From positions 1 to 54,237 of the forward strand of contig JALAGF010006085.1 of the NCBI GenBank assembly GCA_030167865.1: DNA of 54,237 bases. Reading direction: 5' to 3'. Shown in pieces: positions 21,379-31,831 of the stretch. A program made the position numbers and the translations under genes. The DNA comes from Craspedostauros australis (lineage: Eukaryota). The notes below the pieces were generated by a model that searched no databases, was not told the DNA's origin, and saw nothing but the letters and a program-made list of their open reading frames with translations. How positions within the stretch are numbered: position 1 is the stretch's first letter; each line of letters begins with the position of its first letter.

Positions 21379-24124
21379 CTTGTAATTCGCTTTCCTACGA
21401 CTATTGGCGCCGCGATGATGATGGGCTGCTGCTGCTTCTGCTTCTGCTTCGGATTGTGCGTTTGGCTGACGAGGTATCGGTGGAAAGGAGTTGGCGCAGG
21501 AGGACTCTACTCAATTGGAAAGTATGGTGTGAGTAACGATGCTGCGCTGAGCTTTGTCTGCTTTGCGCGGTCTTGATTGTCTTCCGTGCGTTGGAAGTTG
21601 GGAGTTGAGAGTTGAGAGTCGAGAATTGTGATGGTTGTGTCGTTGTGCTGTACTGTGCTGTGCTGTGCTGTGCGAAGCCTGCGCAGTGTTCCGTTCTCAG
21701 TTCCGATGGCGCTCCGCTGTTGCCTTTGCTGATGGCTCGGTTGATGTCGATGTCTCCCCTTGTCAATCCCTGTCTTGTCCTGTTCTGTCTTGTCTTGTCC
21801 TGTCGTGTGGGCTCATGTGTTTGTTGCTTGTAATTCTCGGCGCAACTGTCGCTGTTGGGAGTCGATACTTCTTGGCGGCAGTTCCGTCTTCCTGCTCTCT
21901 CTCTCTGTGCTCCGTGTCGCGCAGTGTCACGCAGGGTGCAATGCATTGAACAACCTCTCTGTGCGCACTTTTCGGTTGGGCTTGTTTGAAGTATCGGCGA
22001 CAATTTTCGTCGTGCTCCGAGTGTTGTTGTCTGTGTCATTCTTGTTATTTCGTTCGTGTCACAGCATTCTTCTTGGTGGTGCATTGTGCTTCGAACGGCA
22101 ATTGCTTGGCCGATTTTTCCAAGGAGAAGTCCGCGCTGGCGTCTTGGGAATTAGTGTGCGAGAATATTAACGCAGAGATGGGCGGTTAGGAAAATTCTTT
22201 CATGGGATTACTTACGCGCAAGCCCATTCCTGCGCGTAAATCTTGGCGCAACTATGACCTCCTCACGTGCACCAAGAGAGGGAGGGCACGATGGCAAACA
22301 GAGCAACAACGTGCGCTCACCTTTTCCCACTTCTGTCGCTTGCCAAGGCCGAGATTTTTTGGCAGACTGTCGTCTCGAGGCGGAATTCAACAAATGGCAG
22401 CGCACAAAAGCAAAGACAACAACAAAGACAACAGCAGAAAAGAGAGAGGCAGATCACACGAAGATGCCAACAGGAACCACTCTTTGGCCAATCTTGTTGA
22501 GATGGGCGACTCTCGGTGTTTCATGTTTCCTCCAAGACCTTGTGCTGTCGCCCAGTCAGCTTCCTGTTCTTCTTGCTCATCACAAGTCGTTTCCTCCAAT
22601 TCTTTGTCCAGCGATCTTCTCCTCTCAAAGGAGCCATGTTTGCTGTACGACCTATTATATAATATTATTCTGTTCTATATTATATTCATCATGAGAGTGC
22701 GTACATACACTTGTACCAGTACAGTAAGTATGCATGAGATCTTCTTCTGCTCCGTCTCCCTCTCTGTTTGTATCTTCGTCGGAGTTGGGGTATCTCGGCT
22801 GCATTCATTGATTTCGTGAATCTTTGACGATCTTGCCATCGATCTCTGCCAGATCTGCTCGTGCGAAAGCCTGCTCTTGTACCCTCGCAAACAGAAGAAT
22901 TCCTTGCTCTGTAACTTGCGCAACTGTGGCAAGTCCTTCAACTGTTCAGAAACTGAGCTTGCTTACTCTCCGTAGTACGTATTTGTGGAGAGCATGCTTC
23001 GATTCTCCGCAACTGCGGTCAACCAGCTCGTATTGATTACTGTACTTTCTCTATCTCTGGCATGCTGCGACCTGTTTGCTATGATGACCTGCACACACGC
23101 AACATGGCCATTGACATTGGCATGCATCAACATTAGAATGTCGAGATCAAGTTGAAACGAAGGCTCCAGCACATATGCGAAGGATTCCTCGACGTGTCAA
23201 TGCGTCATCGCACATAGAAGTACTCCAAGGACGAATCGTAAATACTTGCACCCGTACTAGAGTCTGAGTATTGGTATTGGCACGGGAACACCGCAAATCA
23301 AATCAAATCGATTATAGTAGAATAGACTATTCTGAAAGCACTCCATCTGAACCGGAGTGAATTGAATTGAATTGCGTTGCTGTTGTATCATCATGCGTAT
23401 GCTCTGTCCCCATCTCATCGTTGGCATTCAAGTTTCATTTTGTCGTTTGGGTCCGTTAAGAGAGAGGTGACGCGCCACGACCATGCTTGCGCAACGGCAC
23501 CCGTTTTTCTTTCTAGACAATGTGACATCCAATGCATAGCTCGGTGTTCTTGGACATGGTGCGCGTCATGTCCAATACGACACGACCAACAGTCATGTCA
23601 TTCCCTTCCCGCCATTTTTTGAACTTCTAGCGCTTCTTGCCGCGCCAAAAAACCGTTTGTGGGAGCAAGACGACACAACCCAATGAACAATGATCGATGA
23701 ACAATGATCGATGAACAATGATCAACAAACAACGAGGCGAGAGGTGTGGTGCGAGGATGGCAGACGCCATCAGCACGACTGCTCGTACCGGTGCGGCAGT
23801 GAGGGAAGCGAGAAAGAAGGAAGCAAGGAACACGACGGGGCAACAGATGTTGCCTGACTTGTTGCTGCTCTCATTGGCGAATGTGCAATACATCCACTTT
23901 GTGCGTCGACATCCCATTCTGCGCTAACATCGACAACACCTGCAACCGCTTCACCTTCTTCCTTCTTGGCAGTAGGACAGTCACAGCCACAACGACGGTC
24001 ACAGCGACGGCCACCACGCAATTGCCATAGTGCTCTGTACCTGCAACAAGACGCGCACATAAACGAAGTGCATCAGTGAAGGCATCAAGGTTGAGCAAGA
24101 ATTCATCGCCTCACTGAAACGACC

Positions 24125-24568
24125 ATGGAGCGGCTGGGCAAGCAACTGTGGCAATTGACCGCCGAATGCAGAGCTTCCCTGGATGAGTTCTCCACGTACG
24201 CTTGCGGTGCGACCGAGAATTCTTGGGACGCGTCTGACGAGTCCTGGGATGCAGCATCCCCTTGCGCATCCCATCTTGACGAGGATCCTTCCAGCGTGGC
24301 AACGCCGACACCAGCGGCACCACCCGCGACAGCGGCAGCATCACCCGCATTCAAGGAGACATCGACCCGTGCCATCAAGAAGCAGCAATCCGATCCGGAC
24401 GATCTCGCACCCATCCCGCCTCCGAAAATCAAGCGTCTGGAGATGTCCGACCGCATGCCATTTGAGCAAGAAGAAAAACAACGATCGCAGCATCAACAGC
24501 TGGATTGGACGCACGTCTCCATGTCATCTTCGGCATTCGATTCATCTGTGGCCAGTTGGTTTGGGTGA
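24125..24568 (+). CDS. Possible small hypothetical protein (147 aa)
   Basis: accATGg start context and coding-like composition, but no recognisable domain. Confidence 0.4.
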   Translation: MERLGKQLWQLTAECRASLDEFSTYACGATENSWDASDESWDAASPCASHLDEDPSSVATPTPAAPPATAAASPAFKETSTRAIKKQQSDPDDLAPIPPPKIKRLEMSDRMPFEQEEKQRSQHQQLDWTHVSMSSSAFDSSVASWFG

Positions 24569-24943
24569 ACTCACTCCATGCCGTCATTGCACTTTTGCTG
24601 CTGTCCGAGACGGTATCAGCGGCATTTGGTCGAGCGAGACAAGAAGAAGCATTGGGGGCTTCTTGGTGCGTACGCATCACACCTTTGTTTGACAAGGACG
24701 ATTACGTTCTTGGTCGACAGATTTGTTGGTGGGTTGCTCCATAAGAAGGAAACCAAAAGCCAAGGCCGCGATTGTGGGATACACTGGTGCGAGTGGCCCG
24801 ACAGAGAATGGTAGCGTCTGCTACTCTGCATACCAAGGATCCCCGACAAAAGCGGAATAGAGCAGAGTCGAGGACAACAGAATTGCTCTTTCGTGGTGGA
24901 GACGACCTTGCGTTCCTCGCCTTCGAAGCGTCGCCATTATCAT

Positions 24944-24975
<32 letters not shown>

Positions 24976-25541
24976 GCAGCGGCATCTACACCAAGAAGGC
25001 ACCATGCCAAGAGCCAGACACTTCCTTCACAGTTCAGAATACCACGCAACGATCGTTTTTGGATCGCGCGAAAAGGCCAACAGGAGTCATGGCAACTGCA
25101 CCCCATATCTGATTTTCCACGCTTGTACAAGTATTGTTTTCCTATTTCACATTTCATCAATTTCATTTCGTAAACATATATACTATAGATAACCATGTGA
25201 GACAGACGACGAGAGAGCGTATGGAGGAGAGGGAGAGATCCACTCGAGTGCTCCATGCTGGAGGGCCTGTCTGCTCATTCTTCTTGCTCCGTCACTGTTG
25301 GCATGACGCTGGGTCACGAATTCGTCTTGAATAATTTGGCGCCAGAACGTCGAAGAACGTGGAAGATGGGAAGCGAACGACGAAAAAACATGCCTTCCAT
25401 CCACAGCCACCGCAATCTACCCAAGCACCGTGATCATCCACGCTGATACTGCTCCCAGCCTCTTCCCGTCCTTGAACTTTGTGCAATCGAGTGCACTTCT
25501 CTCTCTTTGGAGATTATTTGAGATACGTGCGCTTTGCAACG

Positions 25542-25834
25542 ATGACAATTGACTTTTTGCAATTGATGAAAGAGGAGAGACGCAAGGCCCGCTCAAAGAA
25601 GAAGGCGACACCCAAAGAGGATCAGGCCGAAGACGCCGACGCTCCTGCCATCGCTGCGAGCGTTCCCAACAAGTATGATGACCACGATGGCGCAACGAAT
25701 GCTTCGTCCACCACCCTCCATCAGAGTCATGGACCAGCCATCTCCGTGAATATCCAACGCAACGTTCCTATGTGGAAACCCAAAGGTAGTTCATCGTCGC
25801 TCTTGCAACTGGAACGCTTGATTGCACCTGCACG

Positions 25835-25871
<37 letters not shown>

Positions 25872-26567
25872 CCAACAGCAGCTACGACTACAACGGCAAC
25901 CACAACCGCAACTGCAGGAAACACCACGCCGCCTAACACAATCCGATACTTCCCACAGGTCATCTCGGACGACGATGAACAACATCTATCGGCGTGGCTG
26001 GACGAGTTGGAGAGCTCCGACGATGGTGTGCAATCCTGGAAGACGATGAAGTACGGCAAGAGGCGTGTGGCGTTGTTTTCGGCGACACCCGATCTGCCGC
26101 AACCTCTGCAGGCTATTGTAGATGGGCTGGTGCAAGCTGGATTGTACGCTGCGGAGCAGGCGCCCAACCATGTTCTCATCAACGCGTATGCGCCGGGACA
26201 AGGCATCATGCCGCACACGGATGGGCCATCCTACGTTGCGTGCACGTCGACACTGTCGTTGGGGAGCTCTGTGTTGCTGAATTTCACGAAAGCAAGAAGT
26301 AGCACAAATGATGTAAATGAAGCGGTGAGAATAACATCATCCGCAGACAGCCGCGAGGGTCCCACGCAGGTGCTGCTGCAGCCAAGATCGTTGATTGTTT
26401 TTTCGGAAGATGCGTACAGCGATTACTGTCACGGGATCACCCCAGACATCATGCGTGAAACTAGCACGGCGTCGTGCATCAACGCTCCCGAAGGCACGAT
26501 TGTGGATCGTGGCCATCGATACTCATTGACCTTTCGGCACAAGTTCGACAACACAACCATGCTGTAG
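25542..26567 (+). CDS. ALKBH6: AlkB-family 2OG-Fe(II) dioxygenase, ALKBH6-like
   Basis: PNHVLINAYAPGQGIMPHTDGPSY (HxD), TLSLGS, LLQPRSLIVF..AY..YCHGI (distal His) and RGHRYSLTFRH (RxxxxxR). Start set at MTIDF (ATG 25542). Confidence 0.88.
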
Positions 26568-26989
26568 GTGTTCTGGAGCTTGGATCAGCGCAACACAGGA
26601 AAAGACCTTGATCCTGGAGTCACGAGGTACTTCGTATTCCACCGAGGGCTGGCTGGCAATGACGCTGGGCCCCATTGTTGTGCAGAGCGATGCACCAAGC
26701 TTGCATCGCATGAAATCAAACAGAACAGGACCTTTGCAAAAACACAACATAGATCCACAAACGTGGAACTGTATTGCATTGACTTGATGCACATTAGGTT
26801 TCGGTTCTCCTAATTGCTTAACAATGACGAAGAGATTTGATATGCACCACAATCTCGACTCCAATTCCTTCTCTTGTGGATTGCTATCGTTGTCTCGTTA
26901 TACCACAGAGAGTCTTGGTTGTCTGTCAGGGTGTGCGTTGTTTGCTGTTTGCCTCGTGAATGGTCTCGGCAACATGCGAAAGGCTCTTG

Positions 26990-27060
26990 CTCGATCTATA
27001 GATACATGTCAGACACCGCATCGAATTTCTGATCATCGCCGCCATCATCTGCAGTTGTTG
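26990..27060 (-). promoter_or_regulatory. Candidate SECIS element (imperfect) in the 3' UTR of the CxxU gene
   Basis: Minus strand reads AUGAU-GGCGGCGAUGA-UCAGAAAU-UCGAUGCGGUGUC-UGAC. It has a UGAN/NGAN core, about 10 pairs in helix II with one mismatch and two bulges, and AAA in the loop. The AUGA-to-AA spacing (16 nt) is non-canonical. Folded by eye only. Confidence 0.35.
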
Positions 27061-27254
27061 GCTTCGCAATATGCGTCCAACCGTCGCAGAGGAGAGGTAT
27101 CAACAATCGTCCCATTCGGTGTTCGGCGCCGTCATTCGTACGACAAATATCGAGCAAGCGCAAATCACACAGGCTATCAGGTCTCATCCCTCTGCAAACT
27201 CACCGGAAGCATGCGTTGCAGTGGCCTCCCGATTGCATCTTTTTGCTCGATCTA

Positions 27255-27972
27255 CTAATCAAGCTGGTCCTTCAGGGCGCTGAGGTTGTTCTTGATGACC
27301 TGCATGGCCTTGGAGCGCTTGGCAGCGTACTTGCTGAACAGGTCCTGTTGCCGTCCGGACCAAATCTCCACGTTGGAGCCGTCGGAGCTGGCGCTGACGG
27401 TCACCTTGATGGGGTAAGAATCAACGCGGTTTTCGATGATCTTGTGGCCAGGAAAGACTTCTTCAACGCACGATCGTGCTGTCGAGTATTCCTGCTTCCC
27501 CCCGTCTCAGTTGCGGCACTGTTGCGTTGCATTGCATTGCATTGCATACGTAGAGTATAAGAGTATGATGTGGCGTGTACGAGTACGGATATGGCAGAGT
27601 CAGCAAACACGGTGATTTGTGTGTGATAGTCATGGTGTTGTTGTTGTTGTTGTTAATGTCAATAGCGATAGCAGAGATGGCATGTGTCAGCATGAGGACG
27701 GATACCACCACAAGCATTCGTTGCGTCCTCTCCCAATGCTATTCTCGCAATAGCAATGGAGATCACATGCACACACATGCACACACATGCACACACATGC
27801 ACACACACATTCGAGCACATACACGGCAGCAAGGAAGAGAATAAGGTTGAGGAGGCGAACGCAGCCAGACCGGCGGCCGCATCGCTGGCTCTGGATCATG
27901 CCGTTTGCCGTGCTTTCCAATCTCCACTCTCTGCTCACTTACGTAGGTGACTGTGAACACTGGTGGAGACAT
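27255..27972 (-). CDS. Putative selenoprotein, Rdx/SelW-like thioredoxin fold with CxxU motif, 97 aa; complement(join(27255..27518,27943..27972)), Sec UGA at 27507-27509
   Basis: Exon 1 ATG at 27972 encodes MSPPVFTVTY, followed by a gtaagt donor. A 424-bp intron ends in caacag. Exon 2 encodes CRN(TGA)DGGKQEYSTARSCVEEVFPGHKIIENRVDSYPIKVTVSASSDGSNVEIWSGRQQDLFSKYAAKRSKAMQVIKNNLSALKDQLD, then TAG TAG. Codons after the TGA are strongly C/G-ending. Confidence 0.82.
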
Positions 27973-28811
27973 GATGATGCTGTTGCTGATGCTTTGTGCT
28001 TTGTGCTTTCGTTTCGGCTGCTCTTGGTTTTTATGAACTCGGTGAGGTTCGTCGTGTTCACCCAGAAGAAGAGGAGTACAACTGCAACTCACGTGGTATC
28101 GGACGAACGCGACAGGGTTACTTGATCAGAATTCGGACATCGCCGACAAGGGGAAGATGCAAGCGCAGAATTGTGTCGAGGAAGGATGCCTGGGCAGGTT
28201 TCGCCCACGTTTCGATGCCGCCAAAGACACAACCGCCATCATCGCCTCCTTCTGCACACGGGACTCGCAGTCACGAGCATCAACAAGAACAACTCCAACA
28301 ACCACAACTTCTCAGTCATGGATACCCACATCGTCGAAAGTTGGCGCGTCTGACTCGATGGATGAGTTCGCAAGGGCACGCGACCACAGTCTAAGCGGAA
28401 GCGCGAGTTCTGCGAGGTCCAGAGATTCTGGTTTGGGAAGACGACCATCCCGACTAAGAAATTCGTCTGATGTGCGTCCGTAGAGCAGCCAGCCGAAACA
28501 ACAACAAGAAGATCAAAGACGGTGATGAACAGGCCGACCATGACGATGGCGATTTTGCCTGCCGTTTGTGTGATGGATCAGCAAGGGTCAGGCCTTGATC
28601 TCTCGTCGCGGAAGACGACACCAACAACCGATAGCACATCAACTTCTGCGATACTCGTGCTCTGGACGATCAACGATCCTGGTGGAAAAACGTCCATCAA
28701 ACAAAACAGAACCAAACCAAACCACAGCACAGCACATCAAGGACACGTGATCGTGCACACGTTGGAATCCAACCCAACTACGCTAACAATTCTCCAACAC
28801 TCAACATCACA

Positions 28812-29547
28812 ATGCCAACAAGCGGTCCAGCATCCGGAGTTGTCGAGAAGGGCAGATATCATGAGGGTAGCATGAAACCATTCTCTCATGAAGAGCTCGG
28901 TGTGAAGGTGAGCATGCGCTTGCTTCTTGTGCTACTGGCGTGACTGTCACTGTTGCTGTTGCTCTTCTCATTGCAATGGGCATGGTACAATGGATGCGAT
29001 GGAATGGTTGCGGAGTCGAATCTGATTGCAATACCCATCACACTCTTCGTGGTTGGGGATGCGCAGATTCCGAGCTTCCTGCCCTGTGAACGAGGGGAAA
29101 ATAGAATAACCAAAAATCATCATGAAATACTCCTGTCACTTCGTTCCGTCCCATCACCGCTCACGCATTTGCGCAACTCGGCTCCACTTTGTTCGATGAT
29201 GCCTGATACCTCGACTGCCACACTCCAATACCTCCTATTCTATGCTAATATTGTGCTGCGATTCGATTACATGTACTATTGCATCGTCCATTACGCAGAG
29301 CGGGCGTGCCAAGGACCCAGTGAAGTACCTGCTGTCCACAGAACAGCGGGCACGTGAGCGACAGATTGCATACGAGACCGTGCGTCTCCTGCGTGAGGAT
29401 GTGATCGAATGCTACCGCCGAGAGGGTGTGAACCATTACGAAAACTGCAAGGACGTGACGGAGAAGTACTACAATGTTGTGATCAAAAAGGACATGGGAC
29501 AGCTCCATCCCAAGTGGGCTGACCCAGCCAAGCACGATGGTTGGTAA
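28812..29547 (+). CDS. NDUFB10: NADH:ubiquinone oxidoreductase accessory subunit NDUFB10/PDSW; join(28812..28907,29299..29547), 114 aa
   Basis: Signature LLREDVIECYRREGVNHYENCKD. Exon 1 (acaATG, MPTSGP..ELGVK) ends at a gtgagc donor and is phase 0 with the ttacgcag acceptor at 29298. Confidence 0.88.
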
Positions 29548-31831
29548 TTCGACGGTTGGATTTTGGATTGCACAAATGCTCGTGCGTTCGCGGCAGGAAT
29601 GCTTCCGACCACGAAACAAACATTCGCGAGAGTGGGCACGTGCATGACCCGATGCTTCCGACTTGAACCCTGCACGGAACGAAGCACGGAACGGCTGTAT
29701 TTGGTGGGTATGGCCTCGGACACTCGATGGTTACATACCAAATTCATCGTCGCGAAGGAAAGATCAGAAGTGGTATTGCGCATCCCGCAGTTCCCTTCTC
29801 TTCTCTTGAATACCATGGCAGGGTACCATACGGCTTGCACGAAGACATGACTGCAGCAAACAAAAACCAATGAAAATAGAAGACGAAGAAACATGCCGTG
29901 CAACTGGTCAAGAACATGAATTGACTTGTGCTTGAGCTTGATCTTGCGCCAGTGGATGGATGGAGTGCTGTGTTGAACGTTTGCGGACTGGCTCTTTGCA
30001 TGGATCGTTGCAACCTCCAATCAAGCATGCGCAGAATGGCAATAGGCATCCGCAGTACTGTTGTAGAATACGATCTATTATAATAGTACTCAGTTGAGTG
30101 GTTGAGGTTGATGCGAGTTCAAACTTTGTGTGTGTTGCTGCACATGTTTCTCATGTCCTCTGTTGCTGCCACTCAACCCTCCAATGCCAAGTGGACATCA
30201 TCTTGCGGACACACGAACCCAGTTCTCACGCACGCTTGGACCTGCGTCCGTGGAAAGCAGAGAGAGAGAGAGAGAGAGAGACCGAAGAAGATTGCGTTTA
30301 ATAGTCCCGTCCAGACGGCCCACCGTTTTGGCGCCAAATCCCTCTTGATTCCCTTTCTCGAACGACAATTGTTTCGCAAAGAGTTTCGCACTATCATCGA
30401 GACAGAGGGACAGAAAGATGATTGGGCCGACAGCTTCTTGCGGAAGTCATGAAACAGAAGGAAAGCGGTTGTGCCCATCCAGATCGGGCTCCGACAAGCC
30501 CAAAGCAGACGCATCTCATGAATCGCCGCCGAGGCAAGTGAATGAAGGAATGGAATCACAAGTGTGCGATCTACGAGTCATAAAATATAGTGGCGGGAGA
30601 TGGCAGATTAATGTCACGGTGTCATGATGCTGCGGGATACCCTGTCAGCTTACGGCAACGGCGACATCACGCCTCATTCATTCAACCCTTCGCCAATGCC
30701 ATCGGGTCCAGAAATGCCATTGTGACCATCTTGTGTGCCTCTCCAGTTCGCACATTTCGAATGTTGTGATCGCCACCTCTCCTGATCCACAAGGCAAGAC
30801 AAGACACAGAACACAAACAACGACCAGAAGCGGTTTTGTGAGGATTGGATTGATAACCGTTGGAAGGAGATATTTGCATGTGGTTGGCAATTTTTTACAC
30901 GTCAGACCATAGTCGGATCTTGCAGTTAACCGCCCCTGCGAACCAATCGAACGCGATGGGCGTCCACATGGGCTGTTTTGGTGTCATGTGCCTTGTTTTT
31001 GCATGGGATGAGGTTGGATGTGCGCGCAGTGGAGAGAGTATTCATACGGGAATGCACGAGTGATCGGAAGAAGCAAAAGAACATGGAGAAATTGCGCAAG
31101 GGAGGAGACAAGCGCCATGGACGCTGCGCGCGAAAGAGTGAGAGGAGAAGTGCGATTGCGGCTGCGATCGCAAGGCAACCACGGAACCGCCTCCCTCGCG
31201 TGGCAGTCGCGAGCGCTTGAATGTGAGTGGACTCCGTTTCGAGAATTGGTGTCGAGCTGAACACAACAGGGAAGCCGATCATCCACTTCACTCTCATCGA
31301 CACCAACACAAAGCCTCACACACAAGCCAACACCGACACCAACCAACCGGGGAGTACCCGCACGAGTATCAGCAGACAGAGAGGATTTCAAATTGGCCAA
31401 TTTTTCGAATCAAGAGTCTTGGGCGTTTGAGTGGTTGAATCAATCAAGACTGATCTCATACCATACTCCTCCCATACTTCCCATACTTCCCATACCACAC
31501 ATATCACGCATATCACCCAGACTCTGGAGGACCCAATTGTGCTCAAACAGCACCACACAAGATCAGCAGCACGGTCCTCTTCCCCTTCCCTTGGCTATTC
31601 ATCAGGTGCTCTGTGGATTGCATCGCGTCTCCTTGCTCCAATTGACAACCGTTTGAGCCTCATCGCTGCGCTGTCGATCATAAATCAACAAAAAAGTGCA
31701 ATTCAAGTGGATTACTACTACGTGTACTCTGCCTACTCCATCATTGCAGCATCACACCGACTCGCACCAGCATCCCAACAACAGCTTCATTATTGACGTC
31801 AACACCACTGTCAACATTGTCAACATCCACC

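Noticed and set aside
23683..23723. 14-bp unit atgaacaatgatcg x3 and other microsatellites ((ga)n, (gca)n, (cca)n, (ctatg)n, (cacacatg)n)
   Set aside because: These are ordinary slippage repeats common throughout this window, with no evidence of function.
24702..25256. ORFs spanning the (gca)n tract (24772..25173, 24702..25256)
   Set aside because: The open frames depend on the microsatellite and show no recognisable homology.
27216..27560. Plus-strand 114-aa ORF
   Set aside because: It is the antisense shadow of the CxxU gene's exon 2.
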